The position numbers were made by a program, and so were the translations under genes. The notes beneath the pieces were generated by a model. The model worked only from the letters and a program-made list of their open reading frames with translations, did not search any database and was not told the DNA's origin. From Bacteroidota bacterium (lineage in GTDB: Bacteria > Bacteroidota > Bacteroidia > Cytophagales > Cyclobacteriaceae): DNA of 64,000 nucleotides. The stretch covers positions 112,893 to 176,892 of the forward strand of contig JAFDYT010000004.1 in assembly GCA_018266055.1 (NCBI GenBank). The letters run 5' to 3'. Of the stretch, positions 17,112-25,809 are shown piece by piece (the stretch's first letter is position 1; the number at the start of each line of letters is the position of its first letter).

Positions 17112-17780
17112 ATGAACAAACGTCAATTCAAGGACAAGGTATATAGTGAGCTGGCCAAGATCACCAAATCAATGGCCAATCCTCACCGGATGGAAATTAT
17201 CGAGCTGCTTTCACAAGGTGAGTTTTCAGTGGAACAGATAGCGGATCAGATCAGTCTTACCATCGCCAATGCCTCTCAGCATTTACAAGTATTAAAAACT
17301 GCTCAACTGGTTGAGATCAATCGACAAGGTAATTTCATTTTCTATCGGCTTTCCAACGGCAATGTGTTTAAAGCCTGGAAATCATTGCGCGAGCTGGGTG
17401 TTGAACGAATTGCTGCCATTGAAAAAGTGGTGAAAGAGTTTCGGGAGTCAAAGTTTGATTTGGAAATGGTGACCATTGATCAGTTGATTGAAAAGTTAGC
17501 GTCTGGCAAGGTCACAATCCTCGATGTTCGATCCGAATCCGAATTTAAGCAAGGACACATTGCCAACGCAATCTCAATACCAATCGAAGAACTATCTAAG
17601 CGATTGAAAGAATTACCGAAACGCACGGAGATTGTCGCGTATTGTCGCGGGCCATTTTGTGTGTATGCCGATGAAGCAGTTGCCATGTTGACCAAAGCAG
17701 GCTACAAAGCAACACGCTTAGAAGAAGGGTTCCCTGATTGGAAACTGCAAGACCTACCCATAGAAGTTTCAATGAACTAA
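17112..17780 (+). CDS. ArsR/SmtB-family repressor fused to a rhodanese domain
   Basis: Winged HTH: NPHRMEIIELLSQGEFSVEQIADQISLTIANASQHLQVLK. Rhodanese: ILDVRSESEFKQGHI...IVAYCRGPFC. The track start at 17055 lies inside the palindrome, so I chose ATG 17112. Confidence 0.8.
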   Translation: MNKRQFKDKVYSELAKITKSMANPHRMEIIELLSQGEFSVEQIADQISLTIANASQHLQVLKTAQLVEINRQGNFIFYRLSNGNVFKAWKSLRELGVERIAAIEKVVKEFRESKFDLEMVTIDQLIEKLASGKVTILDVRSESEFKQGHIANAISIPIEELSKRLKELPKRTEIVAYCRGPFCVYADEAVAMLTKAGYKATRLEEGFPDWKLQDLPIEVSMN

Positions 17781-17791
17781 CAACATTTACA

Positions 17792-18901
17792 ATGACAACC
17801 GAAGAATCAAAAATTGACATCTCGATATTATCCTCCTGGCTTGAAAAGAAAAAACCTGTTACTGTTTTAGATGTAAGACCAAAAACAGAAAGAGAGGAAT
17901 GGTCGATTCCTGGAAGCGTTCATGCTGACGTCTATGACAAATTGAAAGCCGGAGATACAAATGCGCTTGACCACATTGAATTAAATATAGGCATACCCGT
18001 TGTAACCGTATGTGCAGCAGGTAAGACAAGCTTGAAGGCGGCAGAATTGCTGAAGGACAAAGGATTTGAAGTCTATTCACTCGAAGGTGGAATGAAGGCT
18101 TGGAACTTCGCCTGGAGTACGGCTGAGGTTGTATTGAATGATGTAAAGATTATCCAGATAAGACGATCATCGAAAGGAGTCCTGTCTTATATTATCGGAT
18201 CAGATGATGAGGCCATTGTAATTGATGCGGCCCTTGATTCACACGTTTATCTTGATCTTGCCAACAAAAATGGCTGGACGATCAAGTATGTAACCGATAC
18301 CCACATCCATGCGGATTACCTCTCGCGTACAAGAGAACTGGCAAAGGCAAGTATTGCCACACATGTACTTATTGATGCGGCCAATGTTGAATATGGTTAT
18401 TCACCTGTTAGCAATGGTGATTATTTACATTTTGGAAAAGCAGCACTGGAAGTAATCTACACACCGGGGCATACAATGGAGAGCACTTCATTCCGGCTCG
18501 GTGATGATGCAATATTTACGGGAGATACACTATTTGTAGATGGTGTCGGCAGACCAGACCTGAAAGCCGATCAGGATGAAGCAATCAAGAGGTCAAGACT
18601 CTTGTATGCATCACTCCAACGTTTGCTTACGCTCAATCCAAAAACGTTTGTGCTACCGGCTCACCTGGCAACGGCTGTACCGTTTGATGGTAAACTCATT
18701 TCAGAAACTATCGAAAACCTAAAAGATAAATTAGACATGCTCAAGCTAAAAGAGAGCGAATTTGTGAAGTACACTACCTCACGAATTCCGCCAACTCCTC
18801 CTAATTATTTAACGATAGCAAGCCTGAACAAACAAGGTTCGTATGATGGCCATATTCCGGCTGACCTCGAAGCGGGTGCGAATCGTTGTGCTATTGCTTA
18901 A
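17792..18901 (+). CDS. Rhodanese-MBL-fold fusion (persulfide dioxygenase-like, Blh/ETHE1 type)
   Basis: N-terminal rhodanese (VLDVRPKTEREEWSIPGS...CAAGKTS). MBL motif VTDTHIHADY and YTPGHTMES. I chose ATG 17792, after the upstream stop at 17780. Confidence 0.75.
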   Translation: MTTEESKIDISILSSWLEKKKPVTVLDVRPKTEREEWSIPGSVHADVYDKLKAGDTNALDHIELNIGIPVVTVCAAGKTSLKAAELLKDKGFEVYSLEGGMKAWNFAWSTAEVVLNDVKIIQIRRSSKGVLSYIIGSDDEAIVIDAALDSHVYLDLANKNGWTIKYVTDTHIHADYLSRTRELAKASIATHVLIDAANVEYGYSPVSNGDYLHFGKAALEVIYTPGHTMESTSFRLGDDAIFTGDTLFVDGVGRPDLKADQDEAIKRSRLLYASLQRLLTLNPKTFVLPAHLATAVPFDGKLISETIENLKDKLDMLKLKESEFVKYTTSRIPPTPPNYLTIASLNKQGSYDGHIPADLEAGANRCAIA

Positions 18902-18911
18902 TTAATTTAGT

Positions 18912-20159
18912 ATGGACGTAAGGCTGGGGCTAAAAGAAAACTGGAAGCAATTTACCTTGTTGGTGATTGTCAATGCCTTTGTTGGGGGTATGATTGGTTT
19001 AGAGCGTACCATCATTCCACAAATTGCAGAGGCGGATTTTGGCTTAGCTGCTAAAACTGCGATCCTTTCTTTCATTGTGGTCTTTGGTGTAACAAAGGCG
19101 ATAACCAATTACTACACAGGCACGCTTGCGAATCGGTTTGGCAGAAAAAATCTTTTAGTAGCGGGTTGGATTCTTGCCTTACCCGTTCCTTTACTTCTCA
19201 TTTATGCTCCAAGTTGGAACTGGATTATTGCAGCAAATATTTTCTTGGGAATCAGCCAGGGACTCACCTGGTCGAGTACGGTTGTTATGAAAATTGATCT
19301 GGTCGGAGAAAAGGACAGAGGCTTTGCAATGGGACTCAATGAGTTTGCCGGATACATTGCGCTTGCAGTCATTGCTTTTTTAACCGGATGGATCGCCAGT
19401 AATTACGGGCTTCGTCCATATCCTTTTTACATTGGAATTGCTTTAGGGATTGTTGGATTGTTGATGAGTTGGCTTCTGATCAAAGACACACAACGTCATG
19501 TAAAGCTCGAATCTGTTTCCAGCACTATTCCACTATTGAAGAATGTTTTTTGGGACACCACCTGGAGGCACAAAAACCTAGGGTCTATTACGCAAGCTGG
19601 TTTGGTTAATAACCTTAATGATGGAATGGTATGGGGACTTTTTCCGCTGCTTCTTGTCTCGAAAGGATTTGATCTTCACGAAACCGGAATCATCGTTGCC
19701 ACCTATCCGGCAGTGTGGGGCTTAGGTCAGATTTACACGGGAAAGCTTGCGGACAAATACTGTAAAAAGACCTTACTCTTTATCGGGATGTTTATGCAGG
19801 GGATTGCACTGTTAGGCATGATACACGCAAACACATTCCTTTGGTTCATTGTATTGTCGTCTTTACTCGGCATTGGTACGGCTATCGTTTATCCAACTTT
19901 TTTGGCCGCGATCTCTGATTATACACATCCTGATCAACGACCCAAGAGCATTGGCGTATTCCGCTTGTGGCGTGATCTCGGCTATGCGTTCGGTGCTATC
20001 CTCACCGGATTAATTGCAGACAGCTTTGGATTAGTAGCTCCGATTCTTGCTATCGGATTACTCACCGTGCTTTCATCGTTGATTGTAAAATTCAGGATGA
20101 GTTGTGCCAATAAGCAACTAGCTACACCCGGTTTAAAACTTCAACTATCACCTAATTAA
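18912..20159 (+). CDS. MFS transporter
   Basis: 415 aa with about 12 TM helices. An MFS signature-like motif GTLANRFGRKN lies after TM2. Confidence 0.75.
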   Translation: MDVRLGLKENWKQFTLLVIVNAFVGGMIGLERTIIPQIAEADFGLAAKTAILSFIVVFGVTKAITNYYTGTLANRFGRKNLLVAGWILALPVPLLLIYAPSWNWIIAANIFLGISQGLTWSSTVVMKIDLVGEKDRGFAMGLNEFAGYIALAVIAFLTGWIASNYGLRPYPFYIGIALGIVGLLMSWLLIKDTQRHVKLESVSSTIPLLKNVFWDTTWRHKNLGSITQAGLVNNLNDGMVWGLFPLLLVSKGFDLHETGIIVATYPAVWGLGQIYTGKLADKYCKKTLLFIGMFMQGIALLGMIHANTFLWFIVLSSLLGIGTAIVYPTFLAAISDYTHPDQRPKSIGVFRLWRDLGYAFGAILTGLIADSFGLVAPILAIGLLTVLSSLIVKFRMSCANKQLATPGLKLQLSPN

Positions 20160-20167
20160 ACCTAACC

Positions 20168-20515
20168 ATGAAAATACTTTTCCTCCTCAACGATGCTCCC
20201 TATGGCAGTGACAAGAATTATAATGCACTTCGAACAGCTATCCAACTTCAAAAGCAAGACCAGAATATCAAGATTTGGGTTTACCTCATGAGCGATTCGG
20301 TTACCGGGGCATTATCAGGCCAAAAAGAAAAAACAGGCCAATACAACATTGGCGAAATGCTTACCATTATCATTAAGAATGGTGGCGAAGTAAGGTTGTG
20401 TACCTCCTGTGCTGAAACACGAGGTGTCAGCTCATTGATACCAGGAGCCAATCTTGGAACGTTGGCAGACCTTACGAAATGGATTGTTGAATCAGATAAG
20501 GCTTTAACTTTCTAA
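20168..20515 (+). CDS. DsrE/DsrF-like sulfur-relay family protein
   Basis: 115 aa. MKILFLLNDAPYGSDKNYNALR with a conserved Cys in RLCTSCAETRG. Confidence 0.65.
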   Translation: MKILFLLNDAPYGSDKNYNALRTAIQLQKQDQNIKIWVYLMSDSVTGALSGQKEKTGQYNIGEMLTIIIKNGGEVRLCTSCAETRGVSSLIPGANLGTLADLTKWIVESDKALTF

Positions 20516-20517
20516 CC

Positions 20518-21315
20518 ATGAGCAGCAGTCCGATCTTAAGTCAAAAATATTACGAGGTGCCGTCCGTATTTCAACCGGAGAATCTGCTGCGAGAAGCACG
20601 AAGGCAAAAAGAAATAACCGAACTCGTAATTCCTGAAATCTGTATTCTTGATCCCGATGGAGATATTGAAGAGTTTGTCATTGAAAGATGCCATGCGAAA
20701 CGCAATGATGCATGGGCTTGTTGTCATACCAAACTTTTTGAATTTGAGCATGAAGGCCAAAAGATTGGAATTATAGGTAGAGCGGTAGGAGCATCTTTTG
20801 CAGTGCTATTGGCTGAACAACTTTTTGCATCTGGCTGTAAACTCTTATTGAGTATGACTTCATCAGGCCAGTTGGTGCAACCAATGGAACCTCCTTATTT
20901 TATTCTTATTGAAAAGTCTGTTCGGGACGAAGGAACAAGTTATCACTATTTAGCTCCATCGCAGTTTAGCTTTCTGAATGCTGATATGAAAGAAAAACTA
21001 AACAATGCTTTCAATGATCCTGCCATCAAAATATTTACCGGCTCAACATGGACTACCGATGCACCTTACCGGGAAACGGCAGAAGCGATTGAACACTATA
21101 AATCAATCGGAATCCATGCAGTAGAAATGGAAGCAGCCGCTCTGTATGCTTTTGCCGAAGCCAGGAATAAAAATGTGATTAGCTTCGCTCATGTAACGAA
21201 CCAGATGGCAAGCGTGGAGGGAGATTTTGAAAAGGGAGAACATAATGGTAGCAAAGACGCATTACATGTTTTGTTTAAAGTAATCGATACAATTTCAATT
21301 AAAACCCATACCTAA
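20518..21315 (+). CDS. Nucleoside phosphorylase superfamily (PNP/UDP-1-like) protein
   Basis: 265 aa. The C-terminal motif IHAVEMEAAALYAFAEARN is typical of the family. It starts 3 nt after the DsrE-like gene. Confidence 0.6.
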   Translation: MSSSPILSQKYYEVPSVFQPENLLREARRQKEITELVIPEICILDPDGDIEEFVIERCHAKRNDAWACCHTKLFEFEHEGQKIGIIGRAVGASFAVLLAEQLFASGCKLLLSMTSSGQLVQPMEPPYFILIEKSVRDEGTSYHYLAPSQFSFLNADMKEKLNNAFNDPAIKIFTGSTWTTDAPYRETAEAIEHYKSIGIHAVEMEAAALYAFAEARNKNVISFAHVTNQMASVEGDFEKGEHNGSKDALHVLFKVIDTISIKTHT

Positions 21316-21335
21316 TTGAAATAAAGTGATCTCCC

Positions 21336-23348
21336 TTAAAACCTCATCCGCTGAATTCTCACCGCATTCAATATTGCCAGCAAAGCTACGCCCACATCGG
21401 CAAACACAGCTTCCCACATGGTGGCCAGGCCACCAGCACCGAGTATTAAGACTGCTGCTTTTACAACAAAGGCAAGTGTAATGTTTTGCCAAACAATGCG
21501 CTTGGTGGTTTTGCCTATGTTGATGGCCATCGGAATCTTTGATGGCCTATCATCTTGGATTACTATATCAGCCGTTTCAATGGTGGCATCGCTGCCAAGC
21601 CCGCCCATCGCTATGCCTGCATCGCTCAATGCCACTACAGGCGCATCGTTTACGCCATCGCCCACAAAGGCAACGCTTTCGCCTCGTGCTTTTATTTCTT
21701 TTACCTTGTTCACTTTGTCTTCGGGCAGTAAGTCGCCAAAGGCATTGTCGATGCTCAGTTCTTTGGCAACAAAATTCACCACGGAACTTTTATCGCCACT
21801 GAGCATGGTTGTCTTCACGCCCAAGCGATGGAGTTGTTCGATGGCCGTTTTTGCATCTTCTTTTATTTGGTCGGCAATGGTGATGTAGCCTGCAAATTTT
21901 TTATCGTAGGCCATCGCGATGATGGTGTAAACGATGCTGCTTACATCTACATCGTGCTTGATGCCGAACTTGCTCATGAGTTTGAAATTGCCCACCAGCA
22001 ATTCTTTTCCGTTCACTGCGGCTTTCAATCCATGTCCCGCTATTTCTTCCACGCCCGTCAATTCGATTTTGGAATTTACATCGCCCACATATTGGTGAAT
22101 AGCGGTGGCAACGGGATGTGTGCTTTTGCTTTCCAATGCGTTGACCAATTCCAATATTTCCTTTTCATCAAATCCAGACTGAATATTTACTTGTTGCACT
22201 TTAAAAACTCCCTCGGTGAGTGTGCCTGTTTTGTCCATCACCACATTTTTGATGGATGCCACGATGTCCAAATAATTACTGCCTTTGAAGAGGATGCCGT
22301 TGCGCGAAGAAGCACCAATGCCACCAAAGTAGCCGAGTGGTATCGAAATCACCAATGCGCAGGGACAAGAAATAACTAAGAACACGAGCGAGCGGTAGAG
22401 CCAGTCTCGGAACTGATAATCTGAAACAAAGAAATAAGGCAACACACAAATCAGCAATGCAAGCACCACCACCACAGGTGTATAGTACTTGGCAAAAGTG
22501 CGTATGAACAATTCTGTTTTTGCTTTTTGGGCAGTTGCATTCTGAACCAAATCTAAAATTTTTGAAAGCTTGCTATCGGTATAGGCCGTTGTGACTTTCA
22601 CCAACGAAACGGTGTTGAGGTTAATCATGCCTGCCAATACGGTCTCCTCTTTTTGTTTTGTATCAGGTTTGCTTTCGCCCGTGAGCGCGGCCGTATTGAA
22701 AGAGGCCGAATCGGATAGCAACACACCATCCAACGCTAATTTCTCGCCCGGCTTTAATTGAATGATATTTCCGATAGAAACAGATTCCGCTTTCACGGTG
22801 CGTACGTTGCCTTCTTCCACAACAGTAACTTCATCAGGCCGCTGGTCGAGCAATGCTTTGATGTTCCCTTTGGCTCTCTTTACAGCTAATGTTTGAAAAA
22901 CTTCTCCGATCGCATAGAACAACATCACGGCCACACCCTCAGGGTATTCGCCTATGGAAAATGCACCGATGGTGGCAATGCTCATCAATAAAAATTCGGT
23001 GAAGAATTCTTTTTTGACAATTGCCTTCCATGCTTCTTTTATTACAGGAAAGCCTACGGGCAGATAGGCGAGCAGATACCACGCCAATCTAACCCAGCCC
23101 TTAAAAAAAGAAGGCTGCCAATAATTATCGAAAGCAATCGCGATAAGCAGCAACGCCAAACTTATCAATGATGGCGTAAACATTTGAAACGTGCTTTGCG
23201 CTTTTGGAGAATGGTCGTGGCCGTCCGATTCGGTGTGCCTATCGGTTTTGCCTGAAGTTTTGGCATTAATTTTTTCCTCCAACGAACAACAAGTCATGTG
23301 GCCGTGTTCATCGTAGGTGTGCTTGTGGTGGGGGTCTGTGCTAGTCAT
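21336..23348 (-). CDS. P1B-type heavy-metal ATPase, Zn/Cd/Pb-like (His-rich N-terminus, no classical HMA domain)
   Basis: 670 aa. Motifs SCPCALVISIP, DKTGTLT and GDGVNDAP. The last TM carries FADVGVALL, the Asp-type motif seen in ZntA-like pumps. The N-terminus reads HHKHTYDEHGHMTCC...DGHDH. Confidence 0.85.
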   Translation of the reverse strand: MTSTDPHHKHTYDEHGHMTCCSLEEKINAKTSGKTDRHTESDGHDHSPKAQSTFQMFTPSLISLALLLIAIAFDNYWQPSFFKGWVRLAWYLLAYLPVGFPVIKEAWKAIVKKEFFTEFLLMSIATIGAFSIGEYPEGVAVMLFYAIGEVFQTLAVKRAKGNIKALLDQRPDEVTVVEEGNVRTVKAESVSIGNIIQLKPGEKLALDGVLLSDSASFNTAALTGESKPDTKQKEETVLAGMINLNTVSLVKVTTAYTDSKLSKILDLVQNATAQKAKTELFIRTFAKYYTPVVVVLALLICVLPYFFVSDYQFRDWLYRSLVFLVISCPCALVISIPLGYFGGIGASSRNGILFKGSNYLDIVASIKNVVMDKTGTLTEGVFKVQQVNIQSGFDEKEILELVNALESKSTHPVATAIHQYVGDVNSKIELTGVEEIAGHGLKAAVNGKELLVGNFKLMSKFGIKHDVDVSSIVYTIIAMAYDKKFAGYITIADQIKEDAKTAIEQLHRLGVKTTMLSGDKSSVVNFVAKELSIDNAFGDLLPEDKVNKVKEIKARGESVAFVGDGVNDAPVVALSDAGIAMGGLGSDATIETADIVIQDDRPSKIPMAINIGKTTKRIVWQNITLAFVVKAAVLILGAGGLATMWEAVFADVGVALLAILNAVRIQRMRF

Positions 23349-23368
23349 AATGGAGGTTTCTAATTACA

Positions 23369-24574
23369 TTACTCTTCTTCTTCCGAGTTTTTCATTTTAG
23401 AGAGAATGGCATACGCATTCTTCACTACCACCTGATTGTCTGCGTTAAAATCAGGCGGAAGGATTACTTCAGTATAGCCCATTTCACTGTTTCCTACTTG
23501 TATTTCCATCATTGTAAAATGAAACTCGCTGGCGTGTTGCTCTTTGCTTTCGTCTTTTAATGCGCTGTGGGGCTGCTCTTTCAATTGGTAGAAAATGTAT
23601 TTTTTCCCTTGATAGTCAATGATGGCTTTATCCGGCAAGGCTGGCACTTCGATGCCGCCCGTTTCAACAACAGCCTTCAGGTACATGCCCGGCAGCAAGT
23701 TGGTATCTTCTCTATCAATGTGGCAGTGAACACGTATGGTGCGATCAAGTCCGATTTGGCGACCCAACAAATACACGGTGGCCATTCTTTCCTTGGTTTC
23801 GTTGGCAAGAGTGAACCGAACTTTTTGTCCGATCTTCAGTTTGGGCACATCTTTCTCGAATACAGTAAGTTCAGCGTGCAAGTGCTCGGTATCAACAATT
23901 TCGAACAGGATGTCACTGGGGTTTACAAATTTGCCGATGTTGACGTTCACCTGCGTGACGTAACCATTGATGGGCGAGTAGAGTTGGATGGTGCTTGAAA
24001 TTTTCCCCTCATTTAAGGAGGAGAGGTTAATGTTTATCATTTTCAATTTTTCGGCAAGGCCGTTAGCTTTTGCTTGCCAACTTGCGTACGTTGTTTTGGC
24101 TTGTTGCAATGTCTTTTGGGCATTCACGTTTTCTTTCGCCAAATCTAGTTGCCGATCGTAATCCACTTTAGCAAAGTCAGATTGATTTTTAGCTTCTATG
24201 TAATCTTGTTGCATTTGTATGAAATCAAGATTTTCCATAGTTGCAATCGCCTGGCCTACCTTTACTCTTGATCCTTGCAGCAACGGTGTACTTTTTAAAA
24301 ATCCTCCCAGCGGAACGGAAATGCTGACCATCTGCTGAGGGGGCACATCCAGTTTGCCATTTACTTTTACCGTGCCGCTGATTTGTTTGCTTTCAATTTT
24401 GCCCAATTCAATGCCGGCCGTTTTGTATTGAGCTTCGGTGAACTCCACGGTATTCGCTTCTTCGCTGTGATGCTCTTCGGTGGTCGCCTCTTTTGCGCTC
24501 TTGCTTCCGCACGACATAGTTAAAGCTACTCCAATAAAAATGGAGAGTATAGAAATTGATTTAGATGTAGTCAT
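23369..24574 (-). CDS. czcB: RND efflux periplasmic adaptor (CzcB-like)
   Basis: 401 aa. Lipobox LTMSC, N-terminal EEHHSEE, and adaptor hairpin and barrel regions. Confidence 0.8.
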   Translation of the reverse strand: MTTSKSISILSIFIGVALTMSCGSKSAKEATTEEHHSEEANTVEFTEAQYKTAGIELGKIESKQISGTVKVNGKLDVPPQQMVSISVPLGGFLKSTPLLQGSRVKVGQAIATMENLDFIQMQQDYIEAKNQSDFAKVDYDRQLDLAKENVNAQKTLQQAKTTYASWQAKANGLAEKLKMININLSSLNEGKISSTIQLYSPINGYVTQVNVNIGKFVNPSDILFEIVDTEHLHAELTVFEKDVPKLKIGQKVRFTLANETKERMATVYLLGRQIGLDRTIRVHCHIDREDTNLLPGMYLKAVVETGGIEVPALPDKAIIDYQGKKYIFYQLKEQPHSALKDESKEQHASEFHFTMMEIQVGNSEMGYTEVILPPDFNADNQVVVKNAYAILSKMKNSEEEE

Positions 24575-24582
24575 GGTCGATC

Positions 24583-25809
24583 TTATTTAGTGCCTGATAA
24601 AAATTGAATGTAAATAATGCTTTGGTTGTAGTCGTTTAAGGTTTGTAAATAACCTTCCTTAATGGCAATGGCATTTCGTACCCCCAGCAGATATACGGCA
24701 AAGTCAATTTCGCCCTCGCGAAAGGCAACTTGCGATTGCTTCAGTATCAGTTCTGCATTTGGTAAAGCGGAAGTGCGGTAATACTCCAAACTGTTTCGAT
24801 TCTTTCCATACAGTTGCGCAGCCTGTTGTGATTGTCCCTGTATGATTTTCTGCTGATTGGCGTAATTACTTTCCGCAGCCTGACGGGTAAAGGCTGCGGC
24901 CTTCACTCTGCCCTGATACGGAACAAACCACAGTGGAATGGAGATACCTGCGAAGAACCCGGAGAACCTGGTGTTGTCGTTAGCCACTGTTCCGTTCTCA
25001 ACGTTGATCGTATTGATCAGTGTTTGATTGAAATACCCGATCATTAAATCGGGGGCGAACTTTGCCGTTTCCACTTTCTTCAGGCTTTTCGCTACGTCTA
25101 CTTGCTGCCGCACATACGACAGAAAAGGGTTTGTGAGTATCGTTGTGTCTTGCGATGCATCGAATGGAATCTCGGTTAGCTCATCTTCCGAAATGTCCGG
25201 AAGTTGCTCACTGTTGAGTAGCGTCTGCAATTGCGTACGCAAAATGGTGGCCGTTGATTCATTTTGGCGAAGTTGATTTCTCACCTCATTACGTTGTGTT
25301 TCAGCGGTGGTTTGCTCCAATAGTTTGCTTTCACCCGTCTTGTAGCGTAATGAAGCCGACTTTAAGAACCCTTCGTAAATGCTGTCTTGCTGAAGCAAGA
25401 GTTGATGTCGCGCTTTTACAAAGGCAAGTTGATAGTAAACTTGCTTTACCTGATAAACCAAGTCGTTTTCAGTAAATGCTTTTTTCAATTCAGATGAAGC
25501 AAGCAACGATCGGTTCAGGGAGGCTTGGCTGCCTAAAATGGTAAGAGGAATACTTTGTGTAATGGAAATGTTGTTATCATTTTTAGCAAAGCTATTATAC
25601 TGCCCATACTGCAACGACACATTCGTCTTGGGCAGATCAAATCCTGTTTTCTTCAATTGCCTTTGCGATTCCACTTCATAAGCTACCGCCCTGATGCCCG
25701 CGTTATTTTTTAAAGCGACATCAATGGCTTGTTGAACTGTTAACTTGGTGGACTGGCCAAGCCCCGCAAAAGAGAAACTAGTAATGGTGATGATGATTAA
25801 TATTCTCAT
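24583..25809 (-). CDS. czcC: TolC-family outer-membrane efflux factor (CzcC-like)
   Basis: 408 aa. Signal peptide and a two-fold repeated coiled-coil/beta pattern. It overlaps the pump gene by 4 nt. Confidence 0.8.
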   Translation of the reverse strand: MRILIIITITSFSFAGLGQSTKLTVQQAIDVALKNNAGIRAVAYEVESQRQLKKTGFDLPKTNVSLQYGQYNSFAKNDNNISITQSIPLTILGSQASLNRSLLASSELKKAFTENDLVYQVKQVYYQLAFVKARHQLLLQQDSIYEGFLKSASLRYKTGESKLLEQTTAETQRNEVRNQLRQNESTATILRTQLQTLLNSEQLPDISEDELTEIPFDASQDTTILTNPFLSYVRQQVDVAKSLKKVETAKFAPDLMIGYFNQTLINTINVENGTVANDNTRFSGFFAGISIPLWFVPYQGRVKAAAFTRQAAESNYANQQKIIQGQSQQAAQLYGKNRNSLEYYRTSALPNAELILKQSQVAFREGEIDFAVYLLGVRNAIAIKEGYLQTLNDYNQSIIYIQFLSGTK

